A DNA stretch of 59,284 bases from an uncultured virus (IMG/VR IMGVR_UViG_3300042291_002144) (IMGVR_UViG_3300042291_002144); one strand, 5' to 3'; shown: positions 19,551 to 28,996, counted from the first letter of the stretch. Made by a program: numbers and translations. Notes: generated by a model from the letters alone, not told the origin.

Positions 19551-20243
19551 ATGAAGACTATGAAAAATTTAGCACTCGTATTTCTTACAATAGTTATCAG
19601 TTTCTCTTCTCTTTCTCAATTCTATACTGAGACAGTTTTTTTAAATATTTGGAATAACTATAGAAGTTCCATCAACATTACACCAGCATATTGTGATTTT
19701 CAACATTATTATGGAATTGACGTGACTCCTACATATAATGTTTTAATATATATCGTTGAAAAATCTGGTGATACTACTTACCGATCTATTGAATGCACCG
19801 GTGACAAAAAAATAATTTCAGCATACCATGATAAAAATACAAATAAACTATTTCAGGCAGCTTGTTCGATTCCACTAGATTCAATTTATGATGATTCAAA
19901 GTTGCCTTTAAATTACTTAACTGATTCTAATTTTACTCATCCATTAGCTGCAAGACGATATTTAGATAGTCTTGCCTTTAATAAAGTTTTTAAGACAATC
20001 ATTTCATCTTCTGAATATGAGTCAATTCTTTCTTCTAATTTTAAATTTCATCTTAAGATTAATAAAATAGTATCTAAGGATCAATTAAATATGGTTTATA
20101 CTATTCAATTTTTTGAAATCTTTGATGCAACGGATACGTCTATTTCTTCTGACTATGATGCAACGTATGTTAAAGGAAACTTTGAGAAATTAAAACCATA
20201 TATTGTTGATAAAGCAACTTTAAAATTAAAATACCCTAATTAG
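19551..20243 (+). CDS. Hypothetical exported protein (signal peptide)
   Basis: MKNLALVFLTIVISFSSLSQ Sec-type leader ending in Q, as is common for Bacteroidota mature N-termini. Confidence 0.7.
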   Translation: MKTMKNLALVFLTIVISFSSLSQFYTETVFLNIWNNYRSSINITPAYCDFQHYYGIDVTPTYNVLIYIVEKSGDTTYRSIECTGDKKIISAYHDKNTNKLFQAACSIPLDSIYDDSKLPLNYLTDSNFTHPLAARRYLDSLAFNKVFKTIISSSEYESILSSNFKFHLKINKIVSKDQLNMVYTIQFFEIFDATDTSISSDYDATYVKGNFEKLKPYIVDKATLKLKYPN

Positions 20244-20249
20244 TTAGAT

Positions 20250-21041
20250 ATGCCAGAATTAGCTGAAATAAAAATAATGTCTGATTATATTAATGAGACC
20301 TGTAAAAACCAAGATTTTACAAGTATTAGTTTTTCTCCAAGTGCAGTAAAAAGAGGATTATCAATAGTTCAAGATAGTGATCTACAAATATTTAGCATCA
20401 CTGCTGAATCTAGAGGAAAGGAATTAGTTCTTTCGATAATTCAAGGAGGGAAAATATTTATAAAAATAAGCTGTTCCATGGGAATGTCTGGATACTGGGA
20501 TTTTTGTAATCTTAATAACCGACATAATCATACTCATATGGTATTTAACTCAGTTTCTGGAAAATCATTATGTTTAGTAGATGTTAGACGATTTGCTAGA
20601 TGGAAAGTAACTGAATCTTGGTCATCAAACAGAGGACCTTGTCCAGTAAAACAATTTAACGAGTTCAAAGAAAATATTTTATCTAATTTACACAAAAAAG
20701 AATTTGATAAACCGATTCACCTCGTTCTCATGAATCAACAGTATTTTAATGGAATAGGAAACTATCTCCGTGCTGAAATCCTCTTTCATGCCTCACAAGA
20801 TCCTTTTATAGAGGCTCGTACTGCAATTACTATGAATCCATCACTATTAGATCTTTGTTCTCAGCTTCCAAAAGAAGCATACATACTTGGTGGAGGTCAG
20901 CTTAAAGATTGGGAGAATCCATTTGATATTCCAGTTGGAGGATTTAATGAGTGGATTCAATGTTATGGAAAATCAAATAGAGTAATCGATAAAAACGGCA
21001 GAGCTTTATGGTATCATGATAGTCAACTTGAAACTATTTAA
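20250..21041 (+). CDS. Fpg/Nei DNA glycosylase, NEIL1-like (zincless finger)
   Basis: N-terminal MPELAE, SRGKEL, GMSG, LCLVDVRRFARW, H2TH FNGIGNYLRAEILF, C-terminal DKNGRALWY without a Cys4 zinc finger. Confidence 0.92.
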   Translation: MPELAEIKIMSDYINETCKNQDFTSISFSPSAVKRGLSIVQDSDLQIFSITAESRGKELVLSIIQGGKIFIKISCSMGMSGYWDFCNLNNRHNHTHMVFNSVSGKSLCLVDVRRFARWKVTESWSSNRGPCPVKQFNEFKENILSNLHKKEFDKPIHLVLMNQQYFNGIGNYLRAEILFHASQDPFIEARTAITMNPSLLDLCSQLPKEAYILGGGQLKDWENPFDIPVGGFNEWIQCYGKSNRVIDKNGRALWYHDSQLETI

Positions 21042-21067
21042 TTTTTCTTAGTTTTAATAAAGTACAT

Positions 21068-21238
21068 ATGATAGAAATATTTAAACCTAAATTTTCAAAA
21101 AAAGAATATGCAATAATCAAAGAATGTTGCACCCAAGTAGTAAAATCAATGGAGCAACATGATATTGACCATGGATTAGATGATCTAGGTAAATTAATAA
21201 AAGACGATATTTACACAATACTAAAAAAGATAGACTAA
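21068..21238 (+). CDS. Small hypothetical protein (56 aa, not in ORF track)
   Basis: ATG...TAA ORF MIEIFKPKFSKKEYAIIKECC...LKKID filling the gap and ending 3 nt before the helicase ATG. Confidence 0.6.
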   Translation: MIEIFKPKFSKKEYAIIKECCTQVVKSMEQHDIDHGLDDLGKLIKDDIYTILKKID

Positions 21239-21241
21239 TAC

Positions 21242-22834
21242 ATGAATGAAATTTCTCTTGAATTCTCACCACGACCTCAGCAAACCCAAATACTTGATTT
21301 TGTTAAGTCATCAATTACTGATGGCAAAAAATTTATTATGGTTGATGCACCAACTGGTGTAGGTAAATCATATGCAGCAATTATGATTGCTGAATGGTAT
21401 CGAAGTGAGCATTCAAAGAAGGCAAAAACAGATATTATTACAAATACTAAGATTCTTCAAGATCAATATATGAAAGATTTTGGATTTGCAGCTAATTTAA
21501 AAGGTAAAAATAATTATTGGTGTCGATCTCAAAGTATGGGATGCGGTGATGCTCAAGTAATAAACAAAGCAAACGGCACTCGATGTAATATTTGCCCTCA
21601 TAAAATTGCACAAAACAAATTTTTAAAGAGCCCTGTTAGTTTATCTAATTTTCACCTAGTTACTGCGTATTCAATGTATTCTCCAGAGATGCTTGCTGAA
21701 CGCGCTTCTAAATTACTAATAATTGATGAAGCGCATGCATTTGAAGAAACATTTTGTGATTTTATTATGTCTACTTATTCAGAAAGAGCATTAAAAATAT
21801 TAGATGTTTGGCAAGATTGGATGGAACGAGATTTAGATAATGTTACATCGCTATCTGACCTATCTACTTGGACTAACGATATCCTAGTACCTTTACTTTT
21901 AGCTAAAGCTGAAGAACTTCTCGAAGAAGCTAAAGAAACTAGAGCTAAGAAGAAGAAAATAGAATTAATTAAGAAAGCTGATCATGTTGATAAATCAATG
22001 TGTAAATATAATCGATTTGTTAATGATAAAGAAAATTATAAAACAAATTGGACTTTTGAAAAAGATCTTGACCAGTATGGTAAAACTAGAATTATCGTAG
22101 AGCCTATTTGGGGAAATCTTTATCTTAAAGAATTATTTTGGGATCAATATGACCATATAATCTTAATGTCTGGTACTCTACTTGATCGTGAATTAGTTTC
22201 ATTTATTATGGGTATCGAAGACCATGAATCTTCTTATCTTGCACTTCCTTGTCCATTCGATTCAGTAAATAGACCAGTAGTATATTTAAAGTTTGGTAAA
22301 ATGTCGTATTATAATAAAAAAGAGACTTTTGCTAGAGCTATTCCAATAATGGAAAAAATATTAGAAAAGAATAAAGATAATAAAGGAATAATTCATACTT
22401 CTAATTATGAATTTAGTAAATGGATTAAAGAAAAAATAAAAAATAAGAGACTTATCTTTCATGATTCATTAAATAGGGAAAAATCACTAGTCGATCATCT
22501 TACTTCTAAATTAGAAACTGTCCTAGTTTCTCCATCTATGATAAATGGTGTCGATTTAAAAGATGAACTTTCAAGATTTCAAGTTATTTTAAAAGTACCT
22601 TTTCCTAATTTAGTTAGTAATAAAATAAAGAGAAGACTTGAAACTCGTCCAGAATGGTATAATTGGAAGACCCTAGTTGATCTTCTTCAAGCATATGGTA
22701 GATCAATAAGAAATGAAGAAGATTGGGCAGAGACGTATATCTTAGACGAATGCTTTGATCAAATACTTTTAAATAAATCAGTGCCTCAATACTTTTTAGA
22801 TGCATTAAAAATAAAAAAATTACCAACTAAGTAA
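21242..22834 (+). CDS. DinG/XPD-family SF2 helicase
   Basis: Q-motif PRPQQ, APTGVGKS, Cys cluster (C.....C...C..CP), IIDEAH, MSGTL, GVDL, QAYGRSIR. Confidence 0.92.
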   Translation: MNEISLEFSPRPQQTQILDFVKSSITDGKKFIMVDAPTGVGKSYAAIMIAEWYRSEHSKKAKTDIITNTKILQDQYMKDFGFAANLKGKNNYWCRSQSMGCGDAQVINKANGTRCNICPHKIAQNKFLKSPVSLSNFHLVTAYSMYSPEMLAERASKLLIIDEAHAFEETFCDFIMSTYSERALKILDVWQDWMERDLDNVTSLSDLSTWTNDILVPLLLAKAEELLEEAKETRAKKKKIELIKKADHVDKSMCKYNRFVNDKENYKTNWTFEKDLDQYGKTRIIVEPIWGNLYLKELFWDQYDHIILMSGTLLDRELVSFIMGIEDHESSYLALPCPFDSVNRPVVYLKFGKMSYYNKKETFARAIPIMEKILEKNKDNKGIIHTSNYEFSKWIKEKIKNKRLIFHDSLNREKSLVDHLTSKLETVLVSPSMINGVDLKDELSRFQVILKVPFPNLVSNKIKRRLETRPEWYNWKTLVDLLQAYGRSIRNEEDWAETYILDECFDQILLNKSVPQYFLDALKIKKLPTK

Positions 22835-22859
22835 TTAAAAATAAAAAAATTATTAATAA

Positions 22860-24722
22860 ATGGCAAAGAAGACACTTGAAGCACAATATCAAAAATTAAC
22901 GGATACTGAACATGTTTTATTAAGACCATCTATGTATATTGGCTCAGTTGCAATTCATAGTGGTGATCAATATTTATATGATGGTGAAAAAGTAACAATT
23001 CAAGAAGTTAACTATAATCCTGGATTTATTAAATTATTTGATGAAATAGTTTCAAATTCAGTTGATGAGCATCGACGTAATCCTAAATTAAATGAGATTA
23101 AGGTAACTATTAATTTAGATTCAAGCGAAATAAGTATTTGGGATAATGGTGGAATTCCAGTAGAAAAACATCCAGTACATAAAGAATGGATTCCTGAAAT
23201 GATTTTTTCAAATCTTAAATCGGGATCTAATTTTGATGATACTGAACAGCGTACTGTTGCTGGAACAAATGGAGTAGGCTCAACCTTAACGAATATCTTT
23301 AGTAAAAAGTTTTCTATTTCTACTTGTGATGGTAAAAATAGATTTGATCAAGTATTTACTGATAATATGGGTAAACGAACTCAAGCAAAAGTTACACCAG
23401 CAAAAAGAGGATTTACCGAAATTACATTTACTCCAGATCTTGAAAGATTTAAAATGACTCATATTGATGAAATAACGTTTCAAATCTTATTTAAAAGATG
23501 CCTTGACTTAGTTGCGTGTAATAATAAACTTACATTAAAGCTCACTAAAATAAAAAATAAAGAAAAGAGCGAGCATACTCTTCGATTTAAAAGTTTTGAA
23601 GAATATATTCAACTATATTCACAAGAATATTTCTTTGAAGAGACAAAGGATTGGAAAATAGGCTTTGCTAAGTCAGAAAATGGCTTTCAAAATGTAAGTT
23701 TTGTGAATTCTGTACATACGAAAGACGGTGGAACTCATGTCGACTATATTACATACCAATTAATTTCTCAATTAAGAGAAATGATTAAGAAAAAGCATAG
23801 GGTTGATGTTAAGCCTAGTGATATTCGTAATCATTTATATGTATTTATTGATTCAACTGTTGTAAATTCATTCTTTAGCTCACAAACCAAAGAAAAGCTT
23901 ATTACTGAAATAAAAGATTTTGGAACACGTCATGAAGTTACTGATAAACTTGCAAAATTAATCTTTAAATCTGAAATAATACAGTCCGTTTTAGATTGGG
24001 TTGAGAAAAAAGCACTTGCTCAAGAGAGAGCTGAACTTCGAAAACTAAATAAGGACTTAGATAAAACAAAAATACCTAAATTAATTGATGCTCAAAAGAA
24101 AGGTGACCGTGGAACTTGTATTTTAGGTATTTATGAAGGATTATCGGCAGTTTCAGCTGTTCGTAAATTTAGAGACACTCAAACGATTGGTGCATTTCCA
24201 TTAAAGGGTAAATTTATTAATGTTAGTGAGATGAAAAGCTCTGAAATTATAAAAAATGATGAAGCTGTTCAATTAATGGCCTCACTTGGACTAAAATTAG
24301 GCGAAGAACCTACTGGATTACGATATGGTCGCATCTATATCTATACTGATGCTGATCCAGATGGAAGTCATATTGCAGCAACCTTAATTAATTTCTTTAA
24401 TCGCTTTTGGCCGGAGCTATTTGATCAAGGCCGAGTATATAAAGTGATGACTCCATTAGTTGTTGCTAAAAAAGGCAAAGAATCGTTAAATTTTTATACA
24501 AATGAGGAATTCGATAAGTGGTTAAAGAAAAATAGTGCTAAAAGTTGGGATGTTGAGTATAAAAAAGGACTTGGTGCCCTTGAGGACGCTGAATATGAAG
24601 AAATTATCAAAAATCCATACTTAGTTCAACTAAAAAATGATAAAGGGTATAAAGAATCATTAGAATCATGGTTCGGTAAGGATTCTCAACCGCGAAAGGA
24701 TAGAATACTTGGAAATAATTAA
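22860..24722 (+). CDS. gp39: Type IIA DNA topoisomerase large subunit (T4 gp39+gp60 equivalent)
   Basis: EHVLLRPSMYIGS, EIVSNSVDE, GTNGVG (GHKL); EGLSA, PLKGK, TDADPDG (TOPRIM); YKKGLG. Confidence 0.96.
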   Translation: MAKKTLEAQYQKLTDTEHVLLRPSMYIGSVAIHSGDQYLYDGEKVTIQEVNYNPGFIKLFDEIVSNSVDEHRRNPKLNEIKVTINLDSSEISIWDNGGIPVEKHPVHKEWIPEMIFSNLKSGSNFDDTEQRTVAGTNGVGSTLTNIFSKKFSISTCDGKNRFDQVFTDNMGKRTQAKVTPAKRGFTEITFTPDLERFKMTHIDEITFQILFKRCLDLVACNNKLTLKLTKIKNKEKSEHTLRFKSFEEYIQLYSQEYFFEETKDWKIGFAKSENGFQNVSFVNSVHTKDGGTHVDYITYQLISQLREMIKKKHRVDVKPSDIRNHLYVFIDSTVVNSFFSSQTKEKLITEIKDFGTRHEVTDKLAKLIFKSEIIQSVLDWVEKKALAQERAELRKLNKDLDKTKIPKLIDAQKKGDRGTCILGIYEGLSAVSAVRKFRDTQTIGAFPLKGKFINVSEMKSSEIIKNDEAVQLMASLGLKLGEEPTGLRYGRIYIYTDADPDGSHIAATLINFFNRFWPELFDQGRVYKVMTPLVVAKKGKESLNFYTNEEFDKWLKKNSAKSWDVEYKKGLGALEDAEYEEIIKNPYLVQLKNDKGYKESLESWFGKDSQPRKDRILGNN

Positions 24723-24727
24723 TAAAT

Positions 24728-24838
24728 GTGAAATATAGCGATGATTTTAAAAGAAAGCCATTACATGTCGTCCTATGGGTAATATTAGTTACATCAATGT
24801 TTACGATAATTAGGATTATTCATAAAACCTTAGACTAA
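24728..24838 (+). CDS. Possible small single-TM protein (36 aa, not in ORF track)
   Basis: GTG-start ORF MKYSDDFKRKPLHVVLWVILVTSMFTIIRIIHKTLD in the intergenic gap. Confidence 0.4.
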   Translation: MKYSDDFKRKPLHVVLWVILVTSMFTIIRIIHKTLD

Positions 24839-24868
24839 CTCACTAGTAAAATTAATAAAGTTCTTTTT

Positions 24869-25225
24869 ATGACATTTGAAAAATTTAAACTAGTGATTGA
24901 CCAAATGGTTAATAATTCCAAAAAAATATCTACTACGTATGATAATGGTATAGATTTAATTGACTTTACCGATGGTTATCATACTATTATTCATCACTTA
25001 TTGGAAGAAATATTGCACCCAGACGGTTTATCATGGCTAGACTGGTTTCTATATGAAAAGGACTATATTCATGATGGTATTGGAAGATCTGATATTAGTG
25101 CATTTGACCGTGAATATAATCCATTAACTAATGAAAAGACTGAGGTCGAGATTATTAAAAATCTTGAAGAATTACATGAATATTTAACCCAAAACAACTA
25201 TTTTAAATGCGAAAGCCTGAAATAA
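24869..25225 (+). CDS. Hypothetical protein
   Basis: 118-aa ORF with W.DWFLYE motif between the topoisomerase subunits. Confidence 0.75.
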   Translation: MTFEKFKLVIDQMVNNSKKISTTYDNGIDLIDFTDGYHTIIHHLLEEILHPDGLSWLDWFLYEKDYIHDGIGRSDISAFDREYNPLTNEKTEVEIIKNLEELHEYLTQNNYFKCESLK

Positions 25226-26571
25226 AAACAGTAACTGACTATTTAGATAATGACTATAAAGAATACGCAGTATATGTTGTAGAAGAGAGAGCAATACCTT
25301 CAGTGATCGATGGATTTAAACCAACCCAACGTAAAGTAATTTTTGTTGCAAATAAAGTTTGGAGAAATGGTTCTGAGAAGCCAATGAAGATATTTCAATT
25401 AGCTGGTAGAGTTGCAGCAGATGCTTTTTATCATCATGGAGATGGATCTCTTAATTCTGCGATTGTTGGAATGGCTCAAAAATTTAAAAACTCAATGCCA
25501 GTATTAGAAGATATTGGCCAGTTCGGTTCATTACGTTCTCCTGAAGCAGCGGCCCCTAGATATATTGCAACTAAACTGCACAAGAATTTTAGATTATTAT
25601 ATAAGGATTTTGAATTACTTGAGTCTAGATATGAAGAAGGTAATGAAATTGAACCTAAATTCTTTCTTCCAATTATCCCTACTGTTCTTCTAAATGGTGG
25701 TAGTGGGATCGCAGTTGGATTCGCAACAAATATATTAAATCGTAATCCATTGCATCTTATAGAAGCTTGTTTAAAATCACTAGATGGAAAAGCATATTCT
25801 GAGCCTTCTCCATGGAATAGAGAATTTGATGGGTCCTGTGATTTAGTAGATTCAGAAAAGTTTTCTTGGATCTTTGGTGGAAAATATGATGTTAAAAATA
25901 CAACAACTGTTTCTATTACAGAATTACCTCCATCTATTACATATGAAAAATTTGATCAACATCTAATTGATTTAGAAGATACTCGACGAATTGCAAGTTA
26001 TGAAAATAACTGTAAATCAAATATTAATTATACTCTTAAGTTTAGGAGAGAAGATTTAAAAACGTTATCTGACTCAATTAAGCTAAAGAGATTATTAAAG
26101 ATGGAAGAACGTCAAACTGAGAATTTTACAGTACTTGATGAATTTGGTCGATTGAAAATCTTTACTTCAGCTAGTGAAATAATTGAATATTTTGTAAAAT
26201 TTAGGCTTACTTTCTATGATAAGCGTAAACAATATATTATTGATACTCTAACTCAAGAGTTATTAGTTTTATCAAATAAGGCTAGATTTATTAACGATAT
26301 TATTAATAATAAACTTAAAATTAATAATGTTCTTAAAAAAGAAATTGTTCTATATTTACAAACTGCTGATTTTGATGAAGTAAATGGATCATACCAATAT
26401 TTACTCTCTTTACCGATCTATACATTAACTAAGGAGACATATGAAGATTTACTTAGTACTGTTTTAACTAAAGAATTAGAATTAGAAGAAATTAAAAAGA
26501 GACTTCCAGTTTCAATGTATCGAGAAGATTTACAAGAATTAAAAAAAGCATTACAAAAAGAATATAACTAA
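25207..26571 (+). CDS. gp52: Type IIA DNA topoisomerase medium subunit (T4 gp52)
   Basis: RAIPSVIDGFKPTQRK, YHHGD, active-site AAPRYI, P.VLLNG..GIAVGFAT. Confidence 0.96.
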   Translation: MRKPEIKTVTDYLDNDYKEYAVYVVEERAIPSVIDGFKPTQRKVIFVANKVWRNGSEKPMKIFQLAGRVAADAFYHHGDGSLNSAIVGMAQKFKNSMPVLEDIGQFGSLRSPEAAAPRYIATKLHKNFRLLYKDFELLESRYEEGNEIEPKFFLPIIPTVLLNGGSGIAVGFATNILNRNPLHLIEACLKSLDGKAYSEPSPWNREFDGSCDLVDSEKFSWIFGGKYDVKNTTTVSITELPPSITYEKFDQHLIDLEDTRRIASYENNCKSNINYTLKFRREDLKTLSDSIKLKRLLKMEERQTENFTVLDEFGRLKIFTSASEIIEYFVKFRLTFYDKRKQYIIDTLTQELLVLSNKARFINDIINNKLKINNVLKKEIVLYLQTADFDEVNGSYQYLLSLPIYTLTKETYEDLLSTVLTKELELEEIKKRLPVSMYREDLQELKKALQKEYN

Positions 26572-26577
26572 AATATT

Positions 26578-26838
26578 ATGAAAAAATTATTTATTGCAAT
26601 CAATCTTATTCTATTAGTTTCATGTACAGAAAATGCACGAGTAAAAAGCTTTGGCGGAACTGGCGATATCAATTTACCTACTGGACAAAAATTAGTAAAT
26701 GTAACTTGGAAGGAAACTCAAATTTGGTACTTAACTCGTAAAATGAGAGCAGGCGAAACTGCAGAAACATACCAATTCCAAGAAGAGTCTTCATGGGGAG
26801 TAGTTGAAGGAACTTACAATATTATCGAATCAAAATAA
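26578..26838 (+). CDS. Small lipoprotein
   Basis: MKKLFIAINLILLVSC lipobox. Confidence 0.75.
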   Translation: MKKLFIAINLILLVSCTENARVKSFGGTGDINLPTGQKLVNVTWKETQIWYLTRKMRAGETAETYQFQEESSWGVVEGTYNIIESK

Positions 26839-26848
26839 ATAATAAAAA
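26835..26848 (+). promoter_or_regulatory. Putative late promoter ATAAATAATAAAAA
   Basis: Motif copy 7 nt upstream of the RlpA-like ATG. Confidence 0.55.
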
Positions 26849-26855
26849 GAATATT

Positions 26856-27179
26856 ATGATATTACTTACACATTTAATACTATCCCTTTTCCTAACCTCT
26901 ACTCCAACTAATCATATTTCTGGAGTAGCTACGTGGTATGATACTTCTCGCCATCCTAAAGTACACCGACACTATTCAACCGCTGCATATTGTGATTGGA
27001 AACACTTAAATAAAAAGTTTGTTGTGACTAATATTAAAAATGGAAAATCAGATACTGTTGTAATTACAGATAAACATCCAAATGGCCCTAATCATATTGA
27101 TTTAAGTAAATCTTCATTTGGTAAGCTTGCAAATCATGCACAAGGAAAAATAATAGTAAAAATTACCGAATTAAAATGA
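26856..27179 (+). CDS. RlpA-like double-psi beta-barrel protein (putative lytic transglycosylase) with signal peptide
   Basis: GVATWY, TAA, VVTN..NGKS..V.ITD, IDLS..SF..LA pattern of RlpA/DPBB_1. Confidence 0.8.
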   Translation: MILLTHLILSLFLTSTPTNHISGVATWYDTSRHPKVHRHYSTAAYCDWKHLNKKFVVTNIKNGKSDTVVITDKHPNGPNHIDLSKSSFGKLANHAQGKIIVKITELK

Positions 27180-27355
27180 ATCAAGATGTAGAAAAAGCTC
27201 TATTCCATTTAGAGATGGCAGATATTCATATATCTAAATATTTAGATAATGAAAATAAATTAGGTTTAATAACAACTATTCGTAATACTGCATATAATAT
27301 TAAACAATATTATAATGAAAATAAGACGATTTGTGAAACTAATAAAAATAAGTAG
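27176..27355 (+). CDS. Small hypothetical protein (59 aa, not in ORF track)
   Basis: ATGA-coupled to the RlpA-like stop: MNQDVEKALFHLEMADIHI...TNKNK*. Confidence 0.55.
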   Translation: MNQDVEKALFHLEMADIHISKYLDNENKLGLITTIRNTAYNIKQYYNENKTICETNKNK

Positions 27356-27361
27356 TATAAT
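27336..27361 (+). promoter_or_regulatory. Putative early/middle promoter AAAC-N16-TATAAT
   Basis: gAAAC taataaaaataagtag TATAAT upstream of the 27380 ORF. Confidence 0.6.
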
Positions 27362-27379
27362 AATAAAAACATAATCACT

Positions 27380-27808
27380 ATGACTATTGCACAAGCATTA
27401 AAAGAAAAAAACAAAAAAGTTGCAACTCTTCAAAAGCTTTGGGAAAGAATTCAAAAATATAATTCTATTCAAGAAGGAGCTGAACGTCCATATAGTACAA
27501 CTGAGACATTTAGTCAAATTGGAGAAGTATCTGCAGAATTAATTCTATTAAAAACTAGAATTCATGCTGCCTCTGAATCAGTTAGGTCTGATATTTTTGC
27601 TCTTTCTGAGTTTAAGAATATTGCACAACGAATTAAAGGTATTGATTGTACTACTGGTACGTATACTGAAAGATTTTCAAGCACAATTGTCCAAAAAAAT
27701 GCTGAATTAAATATTACTTGGCAGGACCGTGAACTTGCTTTAATTGAAGATAACATTGAAGCAATTCAAGAAAAACTAGATAAATTCAATCATACTACTG
27801 AAATTTAA
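27380..27808 (+). CDS. DIP1984-like coiled-coil protein
   Basis: MTIAQAL.....K N-terminus, LKTRIH.A, I..L.E, and C-terminal IQEKLDKFN.TTEI pattern recalled for the DIP1984 family. Confidence 0.65.
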   Translation: MTIAQALKEKNKKVATLQKLWERIQKYNSIQEGAERPYSTTETFSQIGEVSAELILLKTRIHAASESVRSDIFALSEFKNIAQRIKGIDCTTGTYTERFSSTIVQKNAELNITWQDRELALIEDNIEAIQEKLDKFNHTTEI

Positions 27809-27811
27809 AAT

Positions 27812-28003
27812 ATGGGCGAGTTTAGTTAGAATTAGATCATTCATAGCTTTATCCAACCGTTAAAAAGTTGTACTAAGAACTGGAAAGTTGCTCGATATTG
27901 ATACTAGCCTTAAAATTCAAGATATAAAGGTTCTTTAAATAAAACTCTGTTTGTCAAAAGTCTGCAGCTATATTAATCTTTTTCTTCTAAGCGAGCCCGC
28001 CAT
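27812..28003 (+). ncRNA. Candidate structured ncRNA downstream of DIP1984-like gene
   Basis: Non-coding, with nested end-to-end complementarity (ATGG/CCAT, TTAGAA/TTCTAA, AGAT/ATCT, ATAGCT/AGCTAT) and internal helices (CAAC/GTTG, AAGAAC/GTTCTT, CCTT/AAGG); ends right before a terminator. Confidence 0.6.
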
Positions 28004-28007
28004 GTTA

Positions 28008-28048
28008 AAATAAAAAAGGATCTATAAATTATAGATCCTTTTTTATTT
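28008..28048. terminator. Bidirectional intrinsic terminator
   Basis: AAATAAAAAAGGATCTATA-aat-TATAGATCCTTTTTTATTT perfect inverted repeat between convergent units. Confidence 0.88.
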
Positions 28049-28667
28049 ATTTTTGAAAATACTTAGCTATTCGATTGCTTAGTCGAACTCTAGGATCGTC
28101 TATATCTCGTGATAATATTTGGTATGGTAACATGAAACCAAAACTAAGCACTATTCGTCTTGACTTAAATGGATTTGGCGTCCAGTGTTTATATAGGCTT
28201 GCCTCAAAGCAATACATATCAGACTTACTAATAGTTAGAGTATCGGAGTCAATGCAAAAATCATATGGTTCTGCAAGTACACTAATATTACACTTATAGT
28301 TAATGTAGCCCTCTACTGCAGCATCATAATGTTTCTGTATCTTTCCTCCAGTAGACATATCAACTGCTTGTAAAAAACTATTGTCTACTGGTATATTTAG
28401 TTGGCCACTAATCTTGTCTCTAAGCGTGTAAATAAATTGAGGTACTTCATTCTGTACTACGCTAGATATTGACTGAAAATCAGTGATGTAATTAGTTAGT
28501 TTAGTATTTGAAAGATCAAACATTGCACTACCTCCATTTAGAGACTTTGATAATTTATCTAGGTGATAATTAGGTTTTCCTAGACTAAAATCTAGAGTGG
28601 CTACCCAGTCAACTATTTGAGTAGTCTCCTCTCTATCTATAAAATTTTTAAAATGAAGGTAACTCAT
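28047..28667 (-). CDS. 2OG-Fe(II) oxygenase superfamily protein
   Basis: GGKIQKHYD (HxD), distal H (YKHW) and R.VLSFGF 2OG-binding strand. Confidence 0.78.
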   Translation of the reverse strand: MSYLHFKNFIDREETTQIVDWVATLDFSLGKPNYHLDKLSKSLNGGSAMFDLSNTKLTNYITDFQSISSVVQNEVPQFIYTLRDKISGQLNIPVDNSFLQAVDMSTGGKIQKHYDAAVEGYINYKCNISVLAEPYDFCIDSDTLTISKSDMYCFEASLYKHWTPNPFKSRRIVLSFGFMLPYQILSRDIDDPRVRLSNRIAKYFQK

Positions 28668-28996
28668 TTTCCCCAGTTAGATTTGATTCGTTTTAATCCA
28701 TGTTCTTCTAGGAACTCGCTCGGTAATCGATCCTCTTCAATAATAGTATACTGTTGAGAATCTAGCATGTTTTGATGCATCTTTTCGTTTACGTTAATAA
28801 AGCAAAACCAATGAGTTGCTGGCAATTCTCCAGTTGAGGAAAGCGGTATTTTTAGGTGATCTAATGAAATATCATCACCCTTTTTCTTTTTTAATTCAAG
28901 TAACCCTTCAGTTAATTTGTATTTTGGCAAAACATTAGATGCTCTTTCACGAGCTTCATTAATGTTTACATCTTCACATAGTATACATAATCTCAT
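28664..28996 (-). CDS. Hypothetical protein
   Basis: 110-aa ORF coupled to the oxygenase; PLS.TG.LPATHWFC motif. Confidence 0.72.
   Translation of the reverse strand: MRLCILCEDVNINEARERASNVLPKYKLTEGLLELKKKKGDDISLDHLKIPLSSTGELPATHWFCFINVNEKMHQNMLDSQQYTIIEEDRLPSEFLEEHGLKRIKSNWGK

Noticed and set aside
24723..25225. Intron or homing endonuclease between topoisomerase subunits
   Set aside because: Both subunits look complete and the intervening ORFs show no HNH, GIY-YIG or LAGLIDADG motifs.
27812..28003. tRNA or tmRNA identity for the structured intergenic element
   Set aside because: No T-loop GTTCRA, cloverleaf or CCA end recognisable; retained only as an unclassified ncRNA candidate. No tRNA genes were recognised elsewhere in the window.
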